IMG/VR virus record: IMGVR_UViG_3300031857_000010
Location: 124,001-188,000 of that record
Direction: 5' to 3' (one strand)
Length of the DNA: 64,000 nt
Both the position numbers and the translations under genes were made by a program. Positions 30,144 to 38,638 of the stretch are shown piece by piece. Each line of letters starts with the position of its first letter. Positions within the stretch are counted from its first letter, which is position 1. The notes beneath the pieces were generated by a model that searched no databases, was not told where the DNA came from, and saw only the letters and a program-made list of their open reading frames with translations.

Positions 30144-30223
30144 TGTTGGGATGGAGGGGATCGAACCCACATGTCACCAATTACTCTTTCAACACGTTAT
30201 CAGCGTGAGGAGATACAACCCAA
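30144..30223 (-). ncRNA. non-canonical tRNA-like RNA, GAU (Ile) loop, D-loop motif 3' of the anticodon arm
   Basis: CACG-CTGATAA-CGTG, GAAAGAGTAATTGGTGACAT, T-arm GTGGG-TTCGATC-CCCTC; same architecture as 29043..29120. Confidence 0.7.
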
Positions 30224-30281
30224 TAAAGAAATATTTTGCGTAAAGTATCAGAAATTAATACTTTCTGCAAAAAATTTATTT

Positions 30282-30356
30282 TGATGTCCCAGCTGGAATC
30301 GAACCAACATCATCAGAGTCAAATTCTGATATAATTAACCGTTATACTATAGGACA
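30282..30356 (-). tRNA. tRNA-Gln(UUG)
   Basis: TGTCCTA/TGGGACA; TCAGA-ATTTGAC-TCTGA. Confidence 0.85.
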
Positions 30357-30368
30357 ATATAATATTAG

Positions 30369-30441
30369 AGTGGGATAGGAAGTAATCGAAACTTCGCACC
30401 TATGATTTACAGTCATTGTGAACTCCCCGGTCTCTATCCCA
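30369..30441 (-). tRNA. atypical tRNA-Tyr(GUA)
   Basis: GGGATAG/CTATCCC; ATGA-CTGTAAA-TCAT; aberrant D region, no long variable arm. Confidence 0.6.
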
Positions 30442-30448
30442 GATATTT

Positions 30449-30524
30449 GTACTCCCGACGGGACTCGAACCCGCAATGACCACCTTGAAAGGGTGGTGAC
30501 TTAAACCAATTTGTCCACAGGAGC
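30449..30524 (-). tRNA. tRNA-Glu(UUC)
   Basis: CCACC-CTTTCAA-GGTGG; canonical T-arm. Confidence 0.92.
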
Positions 30525-30529
30525 ATTAA

Positions 30530-30611
30530 GAGCGAGTAGAGAGAATCGAACTCTCATCTCTGGTTTGGAAGACCAGCATAATTTACTTTCGTTCCACTAT
30601 ACGATACTCGC
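30530..30611 (-). tRNA. tRNA-Gly(UCC), enlarged D-loop
   Basis: GCGAGTA/TACTCGC; CTGGT-CTTCCAA-ACCAG. Confidence 0.85.
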
Positions 30612-30661
30612 AATTGTGCCAACATGTCAAAGAACAACAACAGATACTCATGTTGTTTTAT

Positions 30662-30738
30662 TGTTGCGGGAATGGGAATCGAACCCATGTGATTCAGCTT
30701 ATGAGACTGAGCTGGAACCATCTCCAGTCCATCCCGCA
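30662..30738 (-). tRNA. tRNA-Met(CAU), initiator-like acceptor
   Basis: TGCGGGA/TCCCGCA; TCAGT-CTCATAA-GCTGA. Confidence 0.85.
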
Positions 30739-30745
30739 ATTTTTA

Positions 30746-30820
30746 GGAGGAGCTACCGAGCTTTGAACTCGGGACTTAACATTGCAAATGTTATGTGTTC
30801 GCCATCTATACCATAGCCCC
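30746..30820 (-). tRNA. tRNA-Ala(UGC)
   Basis: GGGGCTA/TAGCTCC with G3-U70; TAACA-TTTGCAA-TGTTA. Confidence 0.9.
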
Positions 30821-30822
30821 AT

Positions 30823-30900
30823 TGTCTGGTAAGCCGGACTCGAACCGACATCAGCTCCTACTTCCAAGGTAGGCGAGGCAACCAATTCCTCCATTACCAG
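30823..30900 (-). tRNA. tRNA-Pro(UGG)
   Basis: CCTAC-CTTGGAA-GTAGG. Confidence 0.88.
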
Positions 30901-30903
30901 TTT

Positions 30904-30978
30904 AGCGGTCTATGAGAGAATCGAACTCTCACCACCCGATAGACAGTCGGGTATCCTTAGCCGTTGGACCAATAGACC
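30904..30978 (-). tRNA. tRNA-Asp(GUC)
   Basis: GGTCTAT/ATAGACC G; CCCGA-CTGTCTA-TCGGG. Confidence 0.92.
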
Positions 30979-30988
30979 TTTTTTACTT

Positions 30989-31065
30989 TGTGTACCCGGA
31001 GAGATTCGAACTCTCGACTCCTGCATTAAAAGTGCAGTACTCTAATCCAGCTGAGTTACGGATAC
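30989..31065 (-). tRNA. tRNA-Lys(UUU)
   Basis: CTGCA-CTTTTAA-TGCAG. Confidence 0.92.
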
Positions 31066-31094
31066 ATTTTGAATGCACCCGTAGGCACATTCAG

Positions 31095-31133
31095 TTATTT
31101 ACGTTTTCGTTTTAATTTATTTTTTGTTTTCAT
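31095..31133 (-). CDS. 12-codon Lys/Arg-rich mini-ORF (MKTKNKLKRKRK) inside the tRNA array
   Basis: Read manually; six AAA codons; lies between two hairpins directly upstream of tRNA-Lys(UUU). Confidence 0.35.
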   Translation of the reverse strand: MKTKNKLKRKRK

Positions 31134-31203
31134 TTCATTTCCAGTTTTCTGGGGACTGAGCCCAGCAGGTATTTGACTCAGCCCCCAACATCATCATTTT
31201 TTT

Positions 31204-31278
31204 TGCGGGGAATGTGGGCAACGATCCCACACCCTTCTGCTTAACAGGCAGTTGCTCTTCCACTTGAGCTTCTTCCCC
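31204..31278 (-). tRNA. tRNA-Asn(GUU)
   Basis: CTGC-CTGTTAA-GCAG; non-standard T-loop ATCGTTG. Confidence 0.85.
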
Positions 31279-31282
31279 CCTT

Positions 31283-31357
31283 TGTGGAACCGGAGGCTTT
31301 CGAGTCCTCGACCTTTGGATTTTCAGTCCAACGCTCTTCCATCTGAGCTACGGTTCC
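31283..31357 (-). tRNA. tRNA-Phe(GAA), first gene of the array
   Basis: GGAACCG/CGGTTCC; TTGGA-CTGAAAA-TCCAA. Confidence 0.9.
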
Positions 31358-31393
31358 AAAACAAAAAACCCCTGAACTTTTTGGGTTCAGGGG
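31358..31393 (-). terminator. intrinsic terminator (attenuator) in front of the tRNA array
   Basis: CCCCTGAAC-CCAAAAA-GTTCAGGGG followed by TTTTTTGTTTT on the minus strand, ending at the tRNA-Phe 5' end. Confidence 0.88.
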
Positions 31394-31422
31394 CTTCCTT
31401 TATTTTTTTGGTTTTGTGTTTT

Positions 31423-31602
31423 TTACATCACCTTATTTTTAAAGTTATTTGTTCCCCTGAACCCGGTTGGTTTCTCGCTTTGTGTATTATACCCAAAATC
31501 AAATGAACGAGAATCCACTACGGGTAGACATATTGACGCAATAGGCGTACTTATGGCTGCCTGCCAGTTATTCTTGTTAATATGATTATGAAGCGTGTTC
31601 AT
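31423..31602 (-). CDS. 59-aa leader peptide of the tRNA operon (contains all 20 amino acids)
   Basis: MNTLHNHINKNNWQAAISTPIASICLPVVDSRSFDFGYNTQSEKPTGFRGTNNFKNKVM; below the ORF-track cutoff; A-rich context before ATG. Confidence 0.75.
   Translation of the reverse strand: MNTLHNHINKNNWQAAISTPIASICLPVVDSRSFDFGYNTQSEKPTGFRGTNNFKNKVM
31454..31464 (-). promoter_or_regulatory. antiterminator strand within the leader ORF
   Basis: GGGTTCAGGGG (codons 47-50) is the perfect 11-nt complement of the terminator 5' arm CCCCTGAACCC (31383-31393). Confidence 0.8.
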
Positions 31603-31672
31603 TTTTGAAGACTTTATAACTTTTTTTATTCTTGTTTATTAAATAGTAAGAAATTTTATTTTTTCTTGAATG

Positions 31673-31703
31673 CAAATTTAGTCATTATTTATTTAAAAAC
31701 AAA
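31673..31703 (-). promoter_or_regulatory. Bacteroidota sigma-A-type promoter of the leader/tRNA operon
   Basis: TTTG (31700-31703) - 19 nt - TAAATTTG (31673-31680) matches TTTG-N19-21-TAnnTTTG. Confidence 0.8.
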
Positions 31704-31760
31704 TTTCTATATTAATAAATTCATAAGTAATTGAAAATCAATTTAAAAAATTATATATAA

Positions 31761-32210
31761 TTAGAAAAATTGATTATTACTTTTTGCCAAAAATATATTA
31801 GAGTATTTTTTTTGGCCTGTAATTTCTTCTCCGCAGTAATCAGGAATATCATTTAAAAATTCATCAAACTCTATTTCAACAATACTTAGACCAGAAGGAT
31901 AAATGTCAATATCCACTTTATGATTATTAAAGACAGTAACAAAACGATTTTTTTCGAGTTTGAATTCTGAAAGATCATATAATTTAAACCCTTCTTCTTT
32001 TGGTATTAAGTATTCGAATTCATATTTAGAATAATTATTAATTTTCTGTTTATAACAAATGTGGCAATAAAAATTATTAGTAATTCTAATTCTTAATTGT
32101 TTCTTCTTATCAAGAATTAAATATCCCTGCTTGATCAATTTTGGTTCATTAAAATATGAGCCTAGATCCGGCATATATTTTAAAAGAAATTTTCTTTCTT
32201 TTTCAATCAT
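31761..32210 (-). CDS. CYTH-domain protein (triphosphate tunnel metalloenzyme)
   Basis: EKERKFL, IKQGYL, LRIRI, EFEY.I, EKNRF, VDID....L.IVEIEF, KYSN. Confidence 0.9.
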   Translation of the reverse strand: MIEKERKFLLKYMPDLGSYFNEPKLIKQGYLILDKKKQLRIRITNNFYCHICYKQKINNYSKYEFEYLIPKEEGFKLYDLSEFKLEKNRFVTVFNNHKVDIDIYPSGLSIVEIEFDEFLNDIPDYCGEEITGQKKYSNIFLAKSNNQFF

Positions 32211-34126
32211 GTTAAATAATCAAACTTTTCTCCTAAGGAATTAAATTTTTCGTGTATCTCTAAATTTTTATCAATATTTGAAATCAGGAATTTGAGAGTA
32301 AAATTTTTCCCTGTTTCTTTACTTTCAAAATATAATTCTTCATGTAGAAGTGGTATCTGTCCTTGGTATTTTCTAAGAACAATTATATCACCTTTTTTTA
32401 AATTATCATTGTGTTTTTTTACAATGAATGATTTGATTAATTTAATGTTGTCCATTTTAATTAATTTTATTTATTGATTGTTTATGACAAATCTATAAAA
32501 AAAAATAATAACTATCAATCAAAAAATCTTTTATAAAGTATATATGGTAAGACTAAAGGCCAAAAAATACATGCAAACATGCTCAATAATAAATAAACTA
32601 ATTGTAAATTATCAGTGTTGAAATTACCTAAAACTTCGTGAAGTTCATCGATTGAATTTTTGGTTCCATCATCTAATTTATTATAAACACTCTCTTCGAA
32701 AACTAGAAATGCTAAAATTCCCCACCATATTATCATTAAAATCAGACCAATTAAATATATATAATATAGCATAATTTATAGATTAAAAACAAAAGTAGGA
32801 GTGCCATTTATTTCTACAAGTGAAATATAAATTATACCTCCATTACCTGTATAATATTTCCATTTAGTATCATCAATAACAACATATTGTTTATTGAATA
32901 TTTCTACCATATAATTTAGGGTGCCACTATTTAGTGGAGTTGCAGAGCATAAATTACATACACCCTTTGAATCGAAGAAATACATTGAAATGATTCTTTC
33001 GTCTTTAAAATAAATGTATTTTGCTCCTTGTTCAGTTTTTCCAGTGTAGAAATATTCTTTTGAAAAATCTTTTCTTATTTCGTACTCCGTGTAACCTAAT
33101 CTAGATTGACTAAAACCACATAAAGAAAATAAGATAAATAATAGAGATAATATTGTTTTTTTCATTCTATTAAATTAGAAAAATAAAATGAAAAAGAAAA
33201 GTATAATTTTATTTATCGTCTATCAATTCGGCATTGAAAATGAAATTTTCTACATATAATTCCATAGTATCGCATCCTCTGGAATAAACAATGTTACCAT
33301 CATCTTTTATGTCAATGACTTTTACATAATATTCTACAGAAACTTCTGGCTCAGGATGATTATTATCAAACGGAATAACGTTTTGTCTAATGATCCACGT
33401 TTGTCCAATATGAACCGGAAAGGGTTTTCTAGAAGAATTAAATGAATAGATTAAAATTACAAGTAAAATGAAACCTATTATTATAAAATATTTTTTTCTT
33501 TTTGAATCTTTGATGTTGATCATGATTTCAAAGAATTAATAAATTCAAGAACAAATTTTTCTTTTTCATACGAAGTTGTGAGATCCCTACTTAAATTTAT
33601 CAAAAGAGATTGAATTTTATCTGCGTCACTTTTTACGTCAAGTTTTTCAATATCCTCTATTGTGTTTTTTCTCTTTTCATTTCGAGAAACCTCTTCTTCT
33701 TGAACAAGTTTTGCTAAGCACTCATTCATGTGTTCATAGGATGAAGCACCTATCAATCTATAAAAATATTTCATATGTAAATTATTTAAGTGTATATACA
33801 GTTTGAATTTCTTTTTTCATTAGTCCTTTTTCAACCCAATATTCTGCCCAATAAGATTCCGGACTTTCGAAAGGAGTTCTGTTTTTGTAGTTCACATACC
33901 ACTCAAAAGCAATTAATGATAGATCGTGAAAACTCTCTATTTCATCAACTGTTTCATATCTTGTTTCACAAATTATTTTCCCTTTGCTGATATATAATGT
34001 GGCAATACCAGATTTAGAGAAACCGCTAACTTCATAACAAATCTTACCTGAACTATCTTTTGTTATAGAAACAGGAATGTTGTGTTTGACACAATCTTCA
34101 ATGATTTGATCGATTATTTTTTTCAT
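32207..34126 (-). other. run of small hypothetical ORFs including membrane/secreted proteins
   Basis: 32207..32455, 32515..32772 (two TM helices), 32776..33165 (signal peptide), 33209..33523, 33520..33774, 33782..34126. Confidence 0.55.
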
Positions 34127-34149
34127 GATTGCTAAATTTCAGCAATTAT

Positions 34150-34175
34150 AACGAAAAAAAATAATAAAAGTTACA
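34150..34175 (-). promoter_or_regulatory. ECF-sigma-type promoter motif TGTAAC-N16-CGTT (copy 4)
   Basis: aacg 34150-34153, gttaca 34170-34175; upstream of the 34126 start. Confidence 0.65.
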
Positions 34176-34605
34176 ATTTTAAATTTAAAAATTAATTAAC
34201 GGGGGTTTCTATCAAATCTTTTACAAAGTGATTCCACTTATCCTCAGCGAATTGCTGAGCAGAATCTATGGACAAAAAAGTACCCAAATTTTTAGAATTT
34301 GTTGAATTATTGAAGGTTTCATTTCTGAATGCCCAACTTTGTAGGATCCATTGACCTGAATTTTTTCCAACAGGTTTTATTGTAAAAACTTCTTGACCCT
34401 CAAAAACTCCTTGTATCTCAGTAGGAAATTCGGAGTGGTTTTTCCAAAGTATGTTTTTTATTTTATACATTTTTTTATATTATTTTAGACACTAAGTACA
34501 CTATTAATTTATTCAATAAAGAAAAAAAAGTTGCCATTAAACTAAATGCTATAAAAAGCATTAGCGTAAAATTGAAACAATAATTAAATTTTTCTTTAAT
34601 CTTAT

Positions 34606-35334
34606 TCATTTTCTAAACCACCAAATTTTACCATCATTAAGTGCATCACCCCAATTAATCATATCATTATCGTAATACTCTTTAGTGTTTTCTTGGAACA
34701 ATTCATAATCAGCTTCATATTCTTCTTGATCTAACTCATCCTCAAATTCTTCAAAACTTTTCTCTTCATGATTCGAGTTGAAAAAATCATATCTCTTCCA
34801 CCATAATTCTTTGCTAATAGATGAATAATCCGGTTCAATTTTGATTTCACCAACTTCATAGCCTCTATGTACAAAAGCAGGTAAGCCACAAAAAAATATT
34901 TTTCTCCCATCATCTTTTTCCGGTTCAAGTAGATTGTATGGATGAGATATTATTTCACCAACTAATGTTTGAACACGAGCCATTGCGTACATAAGATCTG
35001 ATGTGTGAAATTTATATACATCCCTTCCATTTGCTTTTAAATTACAAACACCAGAATCCCTTATATCAGCTTCATCCCACTTATATTTAATTCTATTCGT
35101 TTGTTTGTAATTTATTTCCCAGCAAATCCTATGAACACCCCTATCAATATATGGTATAAGATTAGGATTTTCATCCATTTCATTGAGAAATTTTATTGAA
35201 CTGGTATCTTCTTCATAATGCAACCACCAATTTGCAGGACATCCATTGTTAATACCTAAACTGTGTTCCTTACCTTCTATACTATAGACAGTATATGGTT
35301 TATCGTTGATTAAAATATCAAATACCTTTCTCAT
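34606..35334 (-). CDS. hypothetical protein
   Basis: 242 aa ORF. Confidence 0.6.
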   Translation of the reverse strand: MRKVFDILINDKPYTVYSIEGKEHSLGINNGCPANWWLHYEEDTSSIKFLNEMDENPNLIPYIDRGVHRICWEINYKQTNRIKYKWDEADIRDSGVCNLKANGRDVYKFHTSDLMYAMARVQTLVGEIISHPYNLLEPEKDDGRKIFFCGLPAFVHRGYEVGEIKIEPDYSSISKELWWKRYDFFNSNHEEKSFEEFEDELDQEEYEADYELFQENTKEYYDNDMINWGDALNDGKIWWFRK

Positions 35335-35615
35335 TTTTAAATAATCGATAATACAGTATTCTCAACAGGAAAAAAAACTTGTTTAATTTTTAATTTATGA
35401 TGTTCATCAATATCGAAAACATATCTATTTTCAACAATTGAAAACATTTTAACTTTAAAAGTAACTCTATCGATTATTGTAGTCAAATTGTCTCGATAAT
35501 GAAGTTCTTTTTTTTCTCTATCAAATGTTATAAATTCCATAAATTAAATATTTATTACTATTCTCTATAAATTTAATAAATTAAAATTATATTTACAAAC
35601 ATATTAAGAATAAAA

Positions 35616-36236
35616 ATGAAAGAAGAGGAACTGCTTTTTGAATTAAATAAATTAGAGAATTTCACAAAAAAAATAAATTTTTTGAATGATCATTTGAAAA
35701 GATTGTCTTATGGATCAGCTAGGATTGTATATATTCTAGATAATTCAAGAGTTTTAAAACTAGCAAAAAATAAAAAAGGTTTGGTCCAAAATAGAAAAGA
35801 ATATGATTTATACGATAATGGTAACGAAATTCTAGCTAAAATACTAAGGAGTGATGAAAAATATTTTTGGATTATAGTGGAAAAAGCTGATGTAATAAAT
35901 GAATCTGAATTTGAAAAAATAACTGGATTGAATTACGAATGTTATTGTGATTATTTGACTTACATTAGGAGAAAAATTGATCCAAGAAAATATATGAACT
36001 TAGGTAATAAATTAGATGAAATAATTATTACTCAGATGATAAATCATACTTTTGTGAGTAAGCTCGTTGATTTTATTAAAGTCAGTGATATTGATATAAA
36101 AGACTTATACAAAGTAAGTTCATATGGTTTAACATATAGAGAAAATGAAGAAAAAATAGTATTAATAGATTATGGAATTACTAATGAAATATATTTTAAA
36201 TACTATAAAAACTATGAAAAAAGATTATTAAGATGA
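35616..36236 (+). CDS. protein-kinase-like fold protein
   Basis: YGSARIVY (Gly-loop-like), VLKLAK, QNRKE (helix C Glu), DL...SYG, VLIDYG. Confidence 0.6.
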   Translation: MKEEELLFELNKLENFTKKINFLNDHLKRLSYGSARIVYILDNSRVLKLAKNKKGLVQNRKEYDLYDNGNEILAKILRSDEKYFWIIVEKADVINESEFEKITGLNYECYCDYLTYIRRKIDPRKYMNLGNKLDEIIITQMINHTFVSKLVDFIKVSDIDIKDLYKVSSYGLTYRENEEKIVLIDYGITNEIYFKYYKNYEKRLLR

Positions 36237-36562
36237 TTTAATTTTTCATCTAAAATTCTTTTTATTATATCTCCGTGACAACTTTTTGGTTTGCAAAAAC
36301 AAACTAGATTTATATCTTGTTTAAGTGCTAAATAAAAAATTCTATTTAATTCTTTGCAAATTTCTTGATCTTTATTTTCTATTTTAGAAATTATATATTT
36401 TTCATAAGAAAATATGGATTCTTCTCTTGAAGAACAATGGAATTCTGCTTTTGTTTTATCTATTTCCAAATGAGTAAACGGATTTCCTAAAACAGACCCT
36501 CTACCGATATATATATCGTTTTTTTCTGGTTTTGATTTGCGTTTGTTTTTTACTCTAATCAT
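36212..36562 (-). CDS. DUF4326-family protein
   Basis: DIYIGRGSVLGNPF...LVCFCKPKSCHGDII. Confidence 0.9.
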   Translation of the reverse strand: MIRVKNKRKSKPEKNDIYIGRGSVLGNPFTHLEIDKTKAEFHCSSREESIFSYEKYIISKIENKDQEICKELNRIFYLALKQDINLVCFCKPKSCHGDIIKRILDEKLNHLNNLFS

Positions 36563-36703
36563 TTTTTAAAGCAAACATTATCATATTAGCTTTATATAAA
36601 CTGTCATAATCCGCAACATTGATCCATTTAAAAAATAGAAATCTTCTTTGCACGAAATACTTATTTTTTGATTTTTTGATTCTGTATTTTGTAAACATAT
36701 CTT

Positions 36704-37129
36704 TTAGTAATGTAGGTCAAGATATAGGTTTTTATCTCCTTCATAAACTACAGGACACCATATTGGATGATATTGTTCTTTTGAATTTTCCATTTCTTCC
36801 TCACTTATTTTATTTAAAAAAGGTTCATCTCCTTTTATTTTAGGATATTGTTCTTTGTTCAAATAATGACCATCTTCTATTTTATTATTATGGTTTAAAC
36901 AATAGTGATAATGCTCACCTTCTTTTTTAACAACACCCCATCCATTTTTTTCAAAATAAACATCTTCTATCCTTTGGGATAAGACCAAAGAATCATGAGT
37001 CAATTCACCGGAGGCAATTTTTGTTTGAATGTACTCTAGTAATTGACCAACAGTATAATAGCCATTAAAAGCGTATCTTTTTAAATCTTCCTGATTTATT
37101 TCTTCCGGTTTATTTTTTAAGATATCCAT
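36704..37129 (-). CDS. hypothetical protein
   Basis: 141 aa ORF. Confidence 0.55.
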   Translation of the reverse strand: MDILKNKPEEINQEDLKRYAFNGYYTVGQLLEYIQTKIASGELTHDSLVLSQRIEDVYFEKNGWGVVKKEGEHYHYCLNHNNKIEDGHYLNKEQYPKIKGDEPFLNKISEEEMENSKEQYHPIWCPVVYEGDKNLYLDLHY

Positions 37130-37130
37130 A

Positions 37131-37418
37131 TTATTTTTTATTATTATATCTTGATGAACCGAATAAAATACCTGAACCTAAAACAAATCCAAAGTCATAC
37201 CAGCCACCATTGTTATTTAATGCATACATTGCAATATCATCCCATATAAGACTCCCAATAAAGGACCAAGGAGAAATAAACCCATGCCATAAACCACCCC
37301 AAAAACCATATGGTTCATCTTTTATACATTCGTTTACGATTGTTACATCTGCACAAGACGATAATGCAAATATAATAATAAATAAAATAAATAATTTTAT
37401 GTTCATTGCTTTTTTCAT
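37131..37418 (-). CDS. small membrane lipoprotein
   Basis: Lipobox LSSC; PYGFWGGLWHG...NNGGWYDFGF. Confidence 0.7.
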   Translation of the reverse strand: MKKAMNIKLFILFIIIFALSSCADVTIVNECIKDEPYGFWGGLWHGFISPWSFIGSLIWDDIAMYALNNNGGWYDFGFVLGSGILFGSSRYNNKK

Positions 37419-38524
37419 ATTTTATCTAAGAATTTTGTAAATTTTTCATAGGGTACAGATACACATATTCTAGAGTAAGAAGACCATATATCTTTATCGT
37501 GATAAACAAATTTATCTAAACCGACAGCACCAATTTTATTTTGAAATAGAAAATCTTCCGATTTGTTTATAACAGCAAATATTCCTAAAGGCTTTTCAAT
37601 CTCTCCATAAATTTCTTTAACCAACAAGCCTCTATCATATAAATAATTAATATTCATTTCTATGTGTTTTGTTGTTTCATTTCTGAAATCATCCAAAACT
37701 TGTCTTCCTCCTTTAGTTTCTAATATTCTTTCAATAATCAATTGGGGTGGAGATGAAACAGCATTAAATTCATAAAGCAATCTAATGTTTAATTCAGCAT
37801 TAAAATCTTTATTGTTACAAAAAATGAAACCCATTCTAAGTCCGGATAATCCTATCCATTTTGAAAAAGATTCAGTTATAATTACATTATCTAAACTTGA
37901 CAATATATTAAACATTCTATCATCAGAAAAAAGTTTTCTATACGGACTATCAAATATAATTATCGCACCTGTTGAGTTTATTTTATAGATACTCTCATAA
38001 AGAAAATCATCTTCTAATTTTATTCCTGTAGGATTATTTGGATCGCAAATAAAAATACAGGACGATTCATTTAATTTTGAAATATCTAAATCATTTAAAG
38101 AGTCATAGAATGAAAATTTTTTATTTCTTATAGTGGCCATTTTTGAGTAAGAACCCCAATAGAATTTTGGAAAATAAATATTTTCTACATTTAAAATTTG
38201 AATTGCTAAGTCTATTGCTGGCATTCCACCGGGAGTAATAGCAATTTTATTTAAAATATCTTCTTCCCTGTATCTGGTAGGAAAATATTCTTTTGCTATG
38301 GCCTGTCTAAAAGATTCAATTCCTAAATTAGGTGCATACACTTGAAATTCTTTTGAATTATAATTTATTGTAGGATATATACATGATAAATTAATTTCTG
38401 TTACTGCATTAACACCACGATTAAGCTCCAAATATTCTTTCCCTGAATCCTTAGATGCTTTTTTAACTTTTTGACCAATACCCACTATTGAAGAAAATGT
38501 AGCATTTGAGATGTTAATTTTCAT
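37415..38524 (-). CDS. PLP-dependent aminotransferase class I/II
   Basis: TPGG, DPNNPTG, IIFDSPY, SFSKWIGLSGLRMG (PLP-lysine), RICV. Confidence 0.9.
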   Translation of the reverse strand: MKINISNATFSSIVGIGQKVKKASKDSGKEYLELNRGVNAVTEINLSCIYPTINYNSKEFQVYAPNLGIESFRQAIAKEYFPTRYREEDILNKIAITPGGMPAIDLAIQILNVENIYFPKFYWGSYSKMATIRNKKFSFYDSLNDLDISKLNESSCIFICDPNNPTGIKLEDDFLYESIYKINSTGAIIIFDSPYRKLFSDDRMFNILSSLDNVIITESFSKWIGLSGLRMGFIFCNNKDFNAELNIRLLYEFNAVSSPPQLIIERILETKGGRQVLDDFRNETTKHIEMNINYLYDRGLLVKEIYGEIEKPLGIFAVINKSEDFLFQNKIGAVGLDKFVYHDKDIWSSYSRICVSVPYEKFTKFLDKI

Positions 38525-38638
38525 AATTTTATGAAATCATATGTTAATGAAACAAAGATATAAAAATATTTTAAAATTTAAAAAATTAAATTTATAAAAA
38601 GTGTGCTATATTTATACAAAATTTAAAAATTTATAAAA

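Noticed and set aside
29600-31506. ORF-track entries overlapping the tRNA array (29600, 29903, 29978, 30511, 30554, 30694, 30912, 31252)
   Set aside because: Chance frames across GC-richer tRNA genes
31358-31602. T-box riboswitch ahead of the tRNA array
   Set aside because: No UGGN-ACC antiterminator bulge or recognisable stem I; the antiterminator strand lies inside an open reading frame instead
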